NCBI GenBank assembly: GCA_963843145.1
Contig: CAWJJC010000005.1
Span: 64,001 to 128,000, forward strand
Direction: 5' to 3'
Source: an uncultured delta proteobacterium
Lineage (GTDB): Bacteria > Desulfobacterota > RBG-13-43-22
Length of the DNA stretch: 64,000 bases
In this document: piece by piece, positions 50,731 through 60,798 of the stretch
How positions within the stretch are numbered: the first letter of the stretch is position 1
How the letters are laid out: each line of letters begins with the position of its first letter
Notes under the pieces: generated by a model
Databases searched by the model: none
The model's input: only the letters and a program-made list of their open reading frames with translations
Told to the model about the DNA's origin: nothing
Position numbers and translations under genes: made by a program

Positions 50731-51768
50731 CTACGGTTGGAAGCCGTTCGTTCCCGAACCGAGCCAGGATTGGAAGGCCTCTAATTCCGGCAGATTCTCC
50801 GGTATCCAGGAGGCACTGCCCAGGGAACAATTCTTCTCTATTTCCCGGTTAACCTCCAAAGCCAGGGCCAAGGCCCTCCGGCCGTCTTCTCCGGAAACCA
50901 AGGGCGGAGTTCCTTCCCGAATGGACTGGATAAACGATCGCAGTTCCAATTCCAAGGCGTCCTGTTCCGGGAAGGACCCTTCTTCAAAAACAAAGGGCAT
51001 TCCGGGCGGCACTTTCTCCGGCCCTTTCTCCAACCGCACCAATCGATAGGCCTTGGCCCCCAAGTCCAAAGACAGGTAGGCCCCCGGCTGAAATATCCGC
51101 AGCTTGCGCATGGCCGTGATGGATATCCGACTGGCCGTGATATTGGCCACACCGCCATTTTGAAATTGGATGCGGGCGTTGGCGATATCCACCTGGTTGG
51201 AAACTACCGGTACTCCGACGGCCTGGACATTTTCCGGAGGGGAGTCGGTTAAATGAAGGATCAAATCCAAATCATGGATCATCAGGTCCAGGACCACATT
51301 CACATCGATCCCCCGTTCTTTAAAGGGCGACAGACGATGGGTCTCAATAAATAGCGGATGGTGGATGAGGTGCCGGACCTTCAAATAGGCCGGATTAAAC
51401 CGCTCCAAATGGCCGACCTGGATCAGGCAGCCCTTTTGCCCGGCTAAGGCAATCAGTTCCTCGGCCTCAGCCAAGGTAGAGGTAATGGGTTTTTCGATCA
51501 GTATCGAAACCCCGGCCTCCAGACAGTCCTTGGCAATGGGACTATGGTCTTGGGTGGGCACGACAATACTGACCGCCTCCACCTGAGGAAGCAGGTCCCG
51601 GTAATCCAGGTAACCGGGAATCTGGAATCGCTCGGTGATTTCCCGTAAACAGTCCGGACGGACCTCCGCTACCCCGCCTATTTCCACCTCCTCCATCCGG
51701 GAGTATTTTTCCAGGTGAAACCGCCCCAGGTACCCCATACCGATAATGCCAACCTTTATTTTTTTCAA
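50731..51768 (-). CDS. Gfo/Idh/MocA oxidoreductase, probable UDP-GlcNAc 3-dehydrogenase (GnnA-like)
   Basis: Motifs GMGYLG, EKP, GHLERFNPA, DLMIHDLD, ASRIS; lies between lpxI and lpxB. Confidence 0.8.
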   Translation of the reverse strand: MKKIKVGIIGMGYLGRFHLEKYSRMEEVEIGGVAEVRPDCLREITERFQIPGYLDYRDLLPQVEAVSIVVPTQDHSPIAKDCLEAGVSILIEKPITSTLAEAEELIALAGQKGCLIQVGHLERFNPAYLKVRHLIHHPLFIETHRLSPFKERGIDVNVVLDLMIHDLDLILHLTDSPPENVQAVGVPVVSNQVDIANARIQFQNGGVANITASRISITAMRKLRIFQPGAYLSLDLGAKAYRLVRLEKGPEKVPPGMPFVFEEGSFPEQDALELELRSFIQSIREGTPPLVSGEDGRRALALALEVNREIEKNCSLGSASWIPENLPELEAFQSWLGSGTNGFQP

Positions 51769-51831
51769 CCGGAAAAGTTCCTTTTCATACTGACGTTTCG
51801 CCCTTTTGGGTGGCCCCCTCCATATCTGGAC

Positions 51832-52043
51832 TGGCCGCCGGGTCTCGGCGAAAGGGCTTTCCACATTGCTTTTTAGGTTCTAACCCGGCCCCCGGGTTAT
51901 CAAATCCTCCAGGAGGTAGGGCCAGCCTGGGGGCATCAAAAGTCACTGAATATGGGCCTGCTTTAATTAAAGTTAGTAATCTAGGCCCGGATTCGAAGTC
52001 CGGAGTACCATTGGAAAGCCCTTTCGCCGAGACCCGGCGGCCA
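51832..52043. repeat. ~212-bp element with 32-bp perfect terminal inverted repeats, copy 2 (inverted relative to copy 1)
   Basis: TGGCCGCCGGGTCTCGGCGAAAGGGCTTTCCA ... TGGAAAGCCCTTTCGCCGAGACCCGGCGGCCA. Confidence 0.88.
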
Positions 52044-52121
52044 CACCGGTCCGAATTCAGAATTAACTATCGCTATCGGAAGAGGCCGGGGGGAGTGGGT
52101 TCGGACAAAAGAAGAACGGGT

Positions 52122-52931
52122 TTATCTCGAAACGATAACCATCCGGTAACGGTCGGCCAAGCGGATGGTGGCCTCCTGATCGAAGATTAAGGTCTTCCGG
52201 GCCTCAATGGCCAAGACCGAAGCCTTTACCTCCTGCATGGTGCGGATAGTCTGCTCCCCAACGGCCGGCAAATCAAAGCGCAGGTCCTGAATAGGCTTGC
52301 TCACCTTGATCACCACCGCTTTTTCCTTGGCCAACCGTCCTCCCCGCCGGATGGTTTCGTCGGTTCCTTCTATGGCCTCTACAGCCACCACCGCTCCCTT
52401 CCGGACCACCAGACATTGTCCGATATCCAATTTCCCCATTTCTTTGGCCAGGGGCCAGCCAAAATCGATATCCTTTTGCTCCTCATCCGTGGGCCGACGC
52501 CGGGTTAATACCCCGGGAGGGGCCAAGAGGGAGGGCAGGAGCGTGGTGGAGGGCAGCACTTCCAGGCCTTCTTTGGCCAGTTCCCGGGCCACGGTCCTGA
52601 GAATCAGGTCGTCCTTCCGCTGCCCCATTTTGGCCATCAGCAAGAGACCTTTCAAGTCGGGGCGAACCCTGGAAAACATCTTTTTCTTGTCGATTCCTCC
52701 GGCCAGGATAACCTGACAGACCGCTTCTTTTTGAAAGATTTTAACCAGCTTGCCGAATTCTCCCAACCGAATCCAGTGCAGGCTCTCCACCCAGGGTTCC
52801 AGCTCCGGCTGCGTTTCCCCCAAGTGGGCCACGGCGATCATTCTTTTTCCCGCCTGCCGGGCGGCCTGCGCGATAAGAATCGGGAAGGTCCCATTCCCCG
52901 CGATGAGGCCGATGGGCGGGGTCTCCTTCAT
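52122..52931 (-). CDS. lpxI: UDP-2,3-diacylglucosamine pyrophosphatase LpxI
   Basis: Motifs GLIAGNGTFP, LDIGQ, AVEAIEGTD, QDLRFDLPAVG. Confidence 0.93.
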   Translation of the reverse strand: MKETPPIGLIAGNGTFPILIAQAARQAGKRMIAVAHLGETQPELEPWVESLHWIRLGEFGKLVKIFQKEAVCQVILAGGIDKKKMFSRVRPDLKGLLLMAKMGQRKDDLILRTVARELAKEGLEVLPSTTLLPSLLAPPGVLTRRRPTDEEQKDIDFGWPLAKEMGKLDIGQCLVVRKGAVVAVEAIEGTDETIRRGGRLAKEKAVVIKVSKPIQDLRFDLPAVGEQTIRTMQEVKASVLAIEARKTLIFDQEATIRLADRYRMVIVSR

Positions 52932-53707
52932 CGACGTGGGATGCCCCGCTTGGAATTACGCACGAAATCCAGGAATTGTTGTACTTCGGGATAAACCGGA
53001 ATATCTTTTTCCACCCGGGCCATGGCCTCCTGAATAGTCAAATGGGAACGAATCACTGTCTGGTAGGCTTTTTTCAGGGCCTGGATGACCTCATTGGAAA
53101 AATTATGGCGTTTCAGCCCGACGATATTCAGACCGAACAGTTTGGCCCGCTCTCCGGAGGCCAGCACAAAAGGGGGGATATCCTGGGAAACCCCGGTTTT
53201 TCCTCCCACATAGGCATGGACCCCGATGCGGACAAACTGATGAACGGCCGCCAGGCCTCCGATGACGGAATAATCCTCCAGGGTCACATGGCCGCCTAAA
53301 GTGGCGACATTGACCATGGTGATCCCGTTTCCCAAGTGGCAATCATGAGCGATATGGATGTAGGCCAAAAGCAAGTTCTGATTTCCAATACGGGTGACGC
53401 CCCCCCCGTCCGGAGTCCCCCGGTTAATGGTGACGTATTCTCGGATCACGTTGTCGTCACCGATTACCAATTCCGTTTTCTCCCCCTTGAATTTCTTGTC
53501 CTGAGGTGCCGTCCCGATGGAGGTAAATGGAAAAATCTGACAGTCTTTGCCGATGCGGGTATATTGATCGATAACCACGTGAGATCCGATCCGCGTCCCG
53601 GAATCGATAACCACGCCGCCCTCGATGATACTGTAGGGGCCGACCGAGACGGTTTCATGCAGTTCGGCTGTCGGGTGAATAATGGCCGTGGGGTGAATAG
53701 TGGACAT
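52928..53707 (-). CDS. lpxA: Acyl-ACP--UDP-N-acetylglucosamine O-acyltransferase
   Basis: IHPTAII, hexapeptide repeats, PQDKKF, HIAHDC, VHQF, GLNIVGLKR. Confidence 0.96.
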   Translation of the reverse strand: MSTIHPTAIIHPTAELHETVSVGPYSIIEGGVVIDSGTRIGSHVVIDQYTRIGKDCQIFPFTSIGTAPQDKKFKGEKTELVIGDDNVIREYVTINRGTPDGGGVTRIGNQNLLLAYIHIAHDCHLGNGITMVNVATLGGHVTLEDYSVIGGLAAVHQFVRIGVHAYVGGKTGVSQDIPPFVLASGERAKLFGLNIVGLKRHNFSNEVIQALKKAYQTVIRSHLTIQEAMARVEKDIPVYPEVQQFLDFVRNSKRGIPRR

Positions 53708-53713
53708 AAAACG

Positions 53714-54175
53714 TTAAGCCTCCTCCAAGACGGAATTTTCTTTTTCATCGGCAATGGCCGCCGTCAATTCGGCTTCGGCCACCAACGTGTTTTTGACCAG
53801 GGCTTTCCCTTGCATTTTCCAAACCCGCTGCCCGCTGCGCAAGGCCGTTAATTCCAAAATTAATTGATCCCCCGGCACTACCGGTTTGCGGAATTTTACC
53901 TTGTCCATGGACATAAAAAAAATTAATTTTCCCTTAAGTCGGGGAAGCGATTTGTAGGCCAGCAGGCCGCCCACCTGAGCCATGGATTCGATAATCAGCA
54001 CCCCGGGCATGACGGGTTTTCCCGGAAAATGGCCCGGGAAAAAAGGTTCATTAAAGGTCACGTTCTTCAATCCGATAATTTTTTCATTGGCCACCCAATC
54101 CAGGATCCGGTCGACCAGCAAAAACGGGTAGCGGTGAGGCAGGAGGGTTAAGATTTCTTCATGACTAATCTCCAT
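53714..54175 (-). CDS. fabZ: 3-hydroxyacyl-ACP dehydratase
   Basis: Motifs [26 protein letters not shown]. Confidence 0.96.
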   Translation of the reverse strand: MEISHEEILTLLPHRYPFLLVDRILDWVANEKIIGLKNVTFNEPFFPGHFPGKPVMPGVLIIESMAQVGGLLAYKSLPRLKGKLIFFMSMDKVKFRKPVVPGDQLILELTALRSGQRVWKMQGKALVKNTLVAEAELTAAIADEKENSVLEEA

Positions 54176-55244
54176 GATGGGTGCTCCTTCCCTTTTCAAG
54201 TATAGCTTCCAGGCTTCGAATCCGTTCTTCCAGGGCCCGGATTTGCTGCTGCATTTCCGGCAGCCGTTGGATCAGCATTCGGGTGCGCAAGTACGTTTGA
54301 TGGGGCATGGTGGGGTTGCCGGAAACGATCTGGCCGGCGGGAATCGATTTGGCCACCCCCGACTTGCCGCCCACCATGACGCCGTCTCCAATGGTGATAT
54401 GGCCGGCCACCCCCGCCTGTCCGGCCAGAATCACATTTCGACCGATGACGGCGCTGCCGGAAATCCCCACCTGGGCGATCAGGAGAGAATTCTCCCCCAC
54501 CACCACGTTATGGGCGATGTGGACCTGATTGTCGGTCTTAACCCCGGAACGAATCCAGGTTCTGCCCAAAGCCGCCCGGTCAATAGTATTGTTGGCTCCG
54601 ATTTCGCAGTCATCATCAATCTGGACCGTTCCGACCTGCGGAATCTTAATGTGGCGTTCCCCATCACGGGCAAACCCGTAGCCGTCGCTGCCGATAACCG
54701 TCCCGCTGTGGATGATCACCCGAGCGCCGACCGCGGTCCCGGACAGGATGGAGACATTAGGATAGATGATCGTCTCCCGCCCGATCCGGGTCTCATCCCC
54801 CAGGTAAACCCCCGGATAAAGACAAACGCCCTCCTCCAACGTAACCCGGTTTCCGATATACACGAAGGGATAGACGGTTACGCCCTCGCCTAATTGACAA
54901 TCTTCCCCCACCCGGGCCAAGGAGCTGACCCCCCCCGGATGATTCGCTGGGGGGGCGAAATACGCGGCGATCCGGGCGTAGGCCAAATACGGATTGGAGG
55001 TGATGAGGACGGGTTTGGAAGTCTCCGGAGCCTGAGGGCCCACAATAATAGCCGCAGCCCGGGTCTTTTCCAATTCCGGGGCATAACGGGGATTCACCAG
55101 GAAAGTGATTTCTCCCGGGCCGGCCTCGCGCAGGCTGTTAATCCCTGAAATCAATCCCGCGGAAGGGCCTCTGATTTCTCCCCCCACGATCTCGGCTAAA
55201 CGGGAAAGAGGGACCCCCGGGGTTTTGGCGGACGGCGACGGCAT
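54165..55244 (-). CDS. lpxD: UDP-3-O-acylglucosamine N-acyltransferase
   Basis: Motifs NPYLAYA, IGSDGYGF, KIPQVG, IGANNTIDR, DNQVHIAHN. Confidence 0.96.
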   Translation of the reverse strand: MPSPSAKTPGVPLSRLAEIVGGEIRGPSAGLISGINSLREAGPGEITFLVNPRYAPELEKTRAAAIIVGPQAPETSKPVLITSNPYLAYARIAAYFAPPANHPGGVSSLARVGEDCQLGEGVTVYPFVYIGNRVTLEEGVCLYPGVYLGDETRIGRETIIYPNVSILSGTAVGARVIIHSGTVIGSDGYGFARDGERHIKIPQVGTVQIDDDCEIGANNTIDRAALGRTWIRSGVKTDNQVHIAHNVVVGENSLLIAQVGISGSAVIGRNVILAGQAGVAGHITIGDGVMVGGKSGVAKSIPAGQIVSGNPTMPHQTYLRTRMLIQRLPEMQQQIRALEERIRSLEAILEKGRSTHHGD

Positions 55245-55248
55245 AGGC

Positions 55249-55794
55249 TTATTTTTTTTCTTTCTTTATTTTACCTTCGTTAAAAAGTTTGATCACCTTA
55301 TCCGTAATTTCAATGGCTTTACTGAAAAAGACGACCCCGCTTTTGGCCTCCAGGATCAAGGTATAGCCATCGTCCTTGGCCACCTTGGAGGTCACTTCAA
55401 ATAAATCGTTCAACAGGGGCTGCATGGAATTGTACTCGTCCTTACGCATTTCCTCTTCTTTCTGCTGGACCTGGTCACGGAAATCCTCCTCTCTCCGAAC
55501 CATCTCTTTTTCCCTGTCGCGCCGGACCTCGGCATTAAGCACACTGCTCTTTTTGGCGAACTCTTCCCGCGTTTTCTTCAACTCATCCCTTTTCAGGCTC
55601 AGGTCTTTCTTGATGCGCTCCGACTTGTCCTGGAGGATCTTTTTAGCCTTTTTCCCGGCCTCGGATTGATCCAGACATTTTTGAAGATCCAAAATGCCGA
55701 TTTTTACCGGTTCACTGGCCAGGACCGGAACGGTCCCCCAAAGTCCGAAAACCAACAGCCCCGTTAACATTCCCCTCACTAAAACGTTGAACAT
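55249..55794 (-). CDS. skp: Periplasmic chaperone Skp/OmpH
   Basis: Signal peptide, KIGILD, coiled-coil body; lies between bamA and lpxD. Confidence 0.88.
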   Translation of the reverse strand: MFNVLVRGMLTGLLVFGLWGTVPVLASEPVKIGILDLQKCLDQSEAGKKAKKILQDKSERIKKDLSLKRDELKKTREEFAKKSSVLNAEVRRDREKEMVRREEDFRDQVQQKEEEMRKDEYNSMQPLLNDLFEVTSKVAKDDGYTLILEAKSGVVFFSKAIEITDKVIKLFNEGKIKKEKK

Positions 55795-55815
55795 GAAATC
55801 CCTCCTGCTGTGATA

Positions 55816-58461
55816 TTAAAAAAAGGTGCCAATACTGAATTCCCAGTTATTGCTGTCTTCTCCCGGTTTGGGATCAAGGTTCCAGCCCCATTCCAGGCGC
55901 AAGGGTCCCATGGGGGAATACCAACGCACCCCCAGGCCCGCGGTTTTTTTGAAATTCCCGGCGTCAATAGGATCGCCTTGGTTATAAACGTTGCCGGTGT
56001 CAAAAAAGAGTACCCCCTTAAACCCGAACGAGGGGAAGAGCGGGAAAATGTATTCCAGGTTGAACTGGACCATTTGATCCCCGCCCTCATTTTGACCGGT
56101 CTTCGGATCGATTACCCCGATGGTATTATATTTAAACCCACGGATGGAATTGATGCCCCCCAGGTAAAACTTTTCATAGTCCGGCACCTTGCCGTTTTCC
56201 GTAATGTATCCGGCCTTGCCGTTGATAAAAAACGTGGTCCCCCAGAAAAGGGGAAAATACCAGCCGGAACTGGCCAGGTAGCGGGTGAATTGACTGGTGC
56301 CGCCCAGCGGGCCGCCGGCATATTCCACGGAAGCGCTGTTCAACGACCCCTTGCTGGTATTGAAGAGGACATCCCGGGAATCCCGGCGCAAGGTCAGGCG
56401 GACGCTGCTGGTGGTATTCCTTCCGGCGCTGTTCTGGATCTGACTGGGCGCGTTGGCTTGGACGTTGGTCACATTGGCATCGTCATAGGTATAGGTAACA
56501 TATCCCCGGGTATACTCCCCAAAGAGCAAATAGCCGAGATCGAGGGAACCCCCTAAGCTGTCCTTGTTGTAGGAGTCATATTGGCGGATCCAGTTGTACA
56601 CCGTGGCCCCCAAGGAGAGCGGGATATCGAACAACCAGGGCTCGGTAAAATTCAGGCTGTAGCGATTGGTGTTGCCGCTCAAATAGGCGTCTAAACTCAA
56701 ACGCTGCCCCCGCCCGAAGAGATTCCTCTGGGCGATCGACCCCATCACGGTAAATTGATCCACGGCGCTGTAGCCCGCCCCCACGGAAAAAGAGCCGGTC
56801 ATCTTTTCCTTCACCTCCACCTTCAGGTTCATCCGATCCTCCTGACTGCCGGGAGTGGTGGAGATATTGATTTCCTCGAAGTAATCCAAACGGTTTAAAT
56901 TCTCATTGCTGCGCCGCAGGGCGGCGGCGTCGAATAAGCCCTGTTCGGTCACCTTGAATTCCCGCCGGATCACCTTGTCCCTGGTTTTGGTGTTGCCGAC
57001 GATATCGATCCGTTCAAAATAAACCTTGGGTCCTTTCTTGATCTCATAAACCAAATCCACCTTGGGTTCCGCAGGTTCTTCCGTGATCTGGGGGACGATC
57101 TCGGCGAAGGCAAACCCATCCAGGGAATACCTTTCAGACAGGTGGAGAATATCCTGCCGGATGACCTCCCGGTTATAGTATTTTTCCTTGCGAATGGCCA
57201 AATCGGCCATCATTTTCTCTTTGGGCAGCAGCAGGTCTCCCCGGATATCTACGGTTCCCATCCGATACTGGACGCCTTCCTCTATCGGAATAGTGATATA
57301 CAGCCAGTCCCCCTCGTGCTTGACTTCCGGATCCCCCACCTTGGCCTTCAGATAGCCATGGTTGTAATAAAAGGCGGAAATTTTCTCCACGTCTTTTTCC
57401 AACAGTTCTTTTTTATAGAGCCCCGAAGAGGTGATCCATGAGAGAAAATCCTTCTCGTTGGTTTCCATGATTTTTTTCAATTCTTTTTCTTTAAAGGCCT
57501 TTAGGCCTTGGAAGGTAATGGTCTTGATATAGACTTTCTTTCCCTCGGTAATATTGAAAGTGACCACCACGGACTGCTTGTCCTCCGATTGAACGGTATA
57601 GTTGATCTGGGCGTTGTAATAGCCTTTGGACTGGTAGAAGGTTTTCAGTTTTTCCAGGCTCTCGTTCACGGTATTCAAATTCATAATGGCGAAGGGCTTG
57701 AGGGTCAACTGGTCCTTGAGATCCTCCACCTTCAGTTCTTTGTTGCCTTGGAATTCGATTTTCTTCACGAAAGGACGTTCGGTCACGACGAACACCACCT
57801 TCCGCCCCTCCGGAACCTCCTCGGTTTCCATACGCACATCGGAAAAAAAGCCCATCTTAAAAATGGCCCGGAGATCCTGGTCCAGGGCCTCTGCCTGGTA
57901 GGCGTCACCGGGTTTGGATTTTATCTCCCGTTCTATGGCTTGGGCTTCAATGCGGTGGTTTCCTTTAATCTCAAGGGAGACGATTTTTTGCAGTCCCGAA
58001 AGTTTCAAAGTCAATTCCTTGGAAAACCGCTCGGTCAGCTTTAATATATTTTCCAGCCCTTCCTCGGATAGTGAAAAGGTCAGCGGCGGCCGATCACTCT
58101 GGACCTCGAGGAGATTTCCGGAGAGGGTCAGCCGCTGCCCGATTTTGGTTAGGCTCCCGTAAATGATTTTATCGGCCCCCAGGTTTTTACCAACGGACCG
58201 GAGTTCATCCCAGGCCGAGGGGATGGCTTTGTTCAGCCAGGGCTCCAGATCAGCCAGCGGTACCAGGGTTATCTTCTGCTGACTGAGGTTGGCGTAGAGG
58301 GTCTCCAGCACGTTTTTCTTTAAGTAGGCCAAATCTTCCTGGCTGTAAATAACCAGCGGCAATACCGCTACCCGTTCGGCGGCGGCTGCCTGGGCTGATG
58401 CCCCCGACAACAGGAAACCGAAGACTACTCCTAGAATCGTTCCCCAGCTCTTCCCCTTCAT
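55816..58461 (-). CDS. bamA: Outer membrane protein assembly factor BamA with an extra N-terminal domain
   Basis: POTRA repeats (GNTKTRDKVIRRE), FYLGGINSIRGF, SPMGPLRL, terminal Phe. Confidence 0.96.
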   Translation of the reverse strand: MKGKSWGTILGVVFGFLLSGASAQAAAAERVAVLPLVIYSQEDLAYLKKNVLETLYANLSQQKITLVPLADLEPWLNKAIPSAWDELRSVGKNLGADKIIYGSLTKIGQRLTLSGNLLEVQSDRPPLTFSLSEEGLENILKLTERFSKELTLKLSGLQKIVSLEIKGNHRIEAQAIEREIKSKPGDAYQAEALDQDLRAIFKMGFFSDVRMETEEVPEGRKVVFVVTERPFVKKIEFQGNKELKVEDLKDQLTLKPFAIMNLNTVNESLEKLKTFYQSKGYYNAQINYTVQSEDKQSVVVTFNITEGKKVYIKTITFQGLKAFKEKELKKIMETNEKDFLSWITSSGLYKKELLEKDVEKISAFYYNHGYLKAKVGDPEVKHEGDWLYITIPIEEGVQYRMGTVDIRGDLLLPKEKMMADLAIRKEKYYNREVIRQDILHLSERYSLDGFAFAEIVPQITEEPAEPKVDLVYEIKKGPKVYFERIDIVGNTKTRDKVIRREFKVTEQGLFDAAALRRSNENLNRLDYFEEINISTTPGSQEDRMNLKVEVKEKMTGSFSVGAGYSAVDQFTVMGSIAQRNLFGRGQRLSLDAYLSGNTNRYSLNFTEPWLFDIPLSLGATVYNWIRQYDSYNKDSLGGSLDLGYLLFGEYTRGYVTYTYDDANVTNVQANAPSQIQNSAGRNTTSSVRLTLRRDSRDVLFNTSKGSLNSASVEYAGGPLGGTSQFTRYLASSGWYFPLFWGTTFFINGKAGYITENGKVPDYEKFYLGGINSIRGFKYNTIGVIDPKTGQNEGGDQMVQFNLEYIFPLFPSFGFKGVLFFDTGNVYNQGDPIDAGNFKKTAGLGVRWYSPMGPLRLEWGWNLDPKPGEDSNNWEFSIGTFF

Positions 58462-58551
58462 AACGCCTTCCCCCCTAAAAAAGTTTTTGCAGTTTGCCAA
58501 AACGTTTCTTATCCCCGGAGAACCCGCCGCAGTCCCCGGCGGCGGTCCTTT

Positions 58552-59271
58552 TCAACCCTCGGCCGATTCCCTGACCTGCCCGTCCCTGATTTCAATCACC
58601 CGCTGAAACCATCCGGCCAGTTCCAGATTATGGGTCACCATAATCAAGGTGATGCCCTGCTCCCGATTCAAATCCATAAAGAGCCTCAGAATCTGCTCAC
58701 CCGTTTTTCGGTCCAGGTTCCCCGTCGGTTCGTCGGCCAGCACCAGCTTCGGTGCTTGAATCAGCGCCCGGGCGATCGCCACCCGCTGTTGTTCTCCACC
58801 GGAGAGTTCTCCGATCCGATGGGTCATTCGATCCTGAAGCCCTACGCGGGTTAGGATCTCCTCGGCCCGGGTCCGAGCCTCGGCCTTGCCCCTCCGGTTG
58901 ATCAGAACCGGCATCATCGTGTTTTCCAGCGCATTAAATTCCGGCAAGAGGCGATGGAACTGAAAAACAAAACCGATCTTCCGGTTGCGAAACCGGGCCA
59001 ACTCCGCGGGACCCAGGTGAAAAATATCCCGACCCTCGAAAAGTACTTCGCCCCGGGTGGGGTGATCCAAGGTCCCGAGGATATGCAACAAAGTCGACTT
59101 CCCCACTCCCGAGGCGCCCACCACGGCGATGGTATCCTGTTTGCTAACCGACAAGGCCAGCCCTTTCAACACGTCTATCCGCTGACCGCCGATTTCATAG
59201 CTCCGATCCAGGTTTTTTACGGCCAGCAGGGGTTGATCGGCCCAATCGGCTTCCTGGTCCCCGTCCATCAT
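58552..59271 (-). CDS. lolD: Lipoprotein-releasing ABC transporter ATPase
   Basis: Motifs GASGVGKST, GFVFQFH, LSGGEQQR, ADEPTGNLD. Confidence 0.9.
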   Translation of the reverse strand: MMDGDQEADWADQPLLAVKNLDRSYEIGGQRIDVLKGLALSVSKQDTIAVVGASGVGKSTLLHILGTLDHPTRGEVLFEGRDIFHLGPAELARFRNRKIGFVFQFHRLLPEFNALENTMMPVLINRRGKAEARTRAEEILTRVGLQDRMTHRIGELSGGEQQRVAIARALIQAPKLVLADEPTGNLDRKTGEQILRLFMDLNREQGITLIMVTHNLELAGWFQRVIEIRDGQVRESAEG

Positions 59272-59304
59272 AATACCCTCGCTGACGTATTTCCGGCGAG
59301 TACG

Positions 59305-60552
59305 TTATTCATACCGGAGGGCCTCAACCGGGTCGAGCCGGGAAGCCTGCCAGGCCGGGTACAAGGTGGCCACAAAGGTGATTCCAATGGCGGCGACCAC
59401 AATCAGCAGAATATCGGGCCCTTTCATCAAAACCGGCAGCGAGGAAATGTAATAGACATCGCTGGGCAAATGGATAAACTGATATTTCTTCAGGATTTCA
59501 CATAACCCGATCCCTCCGATGAGGCCCAAGGTCGTTCCCACCACCCCGATAATCAGACCTTCCAAAACGAAAATTTTCATTATGCTGCCGGCCGTGGCCC
59601 CCATGGATTTCAGGACGGCAATATCCTTGGTCTTTTCCATGACCACCATGATCAGCGACGAGACGATATTGAAGGCGGCTACCAAAATGATCAAGGCTAA
59701 GATAATGAACATGACCAGCTTTTCGAGCTTCAGGGCCGAAAAGAGGTTCTTGTTCATGCGCATCCAGTCCTTGGTCCAGTAAGGGAACCCCAATCGGGTT
59801 TTGATCTCTTTGGCGATCCGATCCGCCTCGTAGATATCCCGGGTCTTAACCTCCAGGCCGGTGACGCGCCCGGGCATGGCTAAGAAAGACTGGGCCTGGG
59901 CCAGGGAAATAAAGGCGATGGTGGAATCATACTCAAACATGCCGGATTCAAAGGTCCCGGCCAGCCGGAAGGACCTCATTTTGGGGACCCGACCCAACGG
60001 CGAAACCTCTCCCAGGGGGGAGACCACCGAAACCGGATCGCCTAAAGACAACCCCAACTGCTTGGCTAATTCCTGCCCCAGAATGATCCCCGGCAACGCC
60101 GCGCCGGTCTCTGAATTTTCCCCGGCCGGGGCCTCCAGGGCCTTCCAGGAGCCGGTCCGGATGATCCGGTCCAGGATGATCACCTTTCGGGCACTGTCGA
60201 CCTCTAACCCTCGGAGAACGGCCCCGGTTACCTTCTGCGGGGTATTCAAAAGAACTTGCGTCAGGATAAAAGGAGTCGCCCCGGTAACCCCGGGCACTTT
60301 TTCCACCTGGCCGGCGAGCTGGTCATAATGCGCTACCTGATTGTCCCAGCTCAAGACCAGCACATGGGCATTAAGGCCAAGAATTTTATTCTTTAAATCA
60401 TTTTCAAAGCCGCTCATAACGGCCAGGACGACAATCAAAGCCATCACGCCCAGAGTCACCCCGCCGATGGAAATAAAGGTGATGATGGAAATAAAGGTCT
60501 GCTTCCGTTTGGCTTTCAAATAACGAAGGCTGACGAAAAACTCAAAGGACAT
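59305..60552 (-). CDS. Lipoprotein-releasing ABC transporter permease (LolC/E family)
   Basis: Motifs LIVVLAVMSGF, VAAFNIVSSL, IAVLKSMGA, PVEALRYE. Confidence 0.92.
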   Translation of the reverse strand: MSFEFFVSLRYLKAKRKQTFISIITFISIGGVTLGVMALIVVLAVMSGFENDLKNKILGLNAHVLVLSWDNQVAHYDQLAGQVEKVPGVTGATPFILTQVLLNTPQKVTGAVLRGLEVDSARKVIILDRIIRTGSWKALEAPAGENSETGAALPGIILGQELAKQLGLSLGDPVSVVSPLGEVSPLGRVPKMRSFRLAGTFESGMFEYDSTIAFISLAQAQSFLAMPGRVTGLEVKTRDIYEADRIAKEIKTRLGFPYWTKDWMRMNKNLFSALKLEKLVMFIILALIILVAAFNIVSSLIMVVMEKTKDIAVLKSMGATAGSIMKIFVLEGLIIGVVGTTLGLIGGIGLCEILKKYQFIHLPSDVYYISSLPVLMKGPDILLIVVAAIGITFVATLYPAWQASRLDPVEALRYE

Positions 60553-60626
60553 GGATTTTAAATCCTTCCTCTGATTCCAATCTGAGATTTTGCAACTACT
60601 ATTCTGATTGACAAATTAGGATCCTT

Positions 60627-60764
60627 AAATCCGAAACTCGAAGCACGAAATCCGAAACAAGCACGAACGTCCAAAATCCAAATGATCCAAACAAAAACGT
60701 TCCGAATTTTGAGATTTGGTCATTTGGATTTGTTTCGAGTTTTGAAATTCGGATTTCGGATTTC
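60627..60764. repeat. Imperfect palindrome of CGAAAT(C)-type short repeats, homolog of 3155-3277
   Basis: Shared ~45-bp core and complementary right arm. Confidence 0.8.
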
Positions 60765-60798
60765 TAACGTATTTTTATTAAAAGTTACCTGGTCCCCC

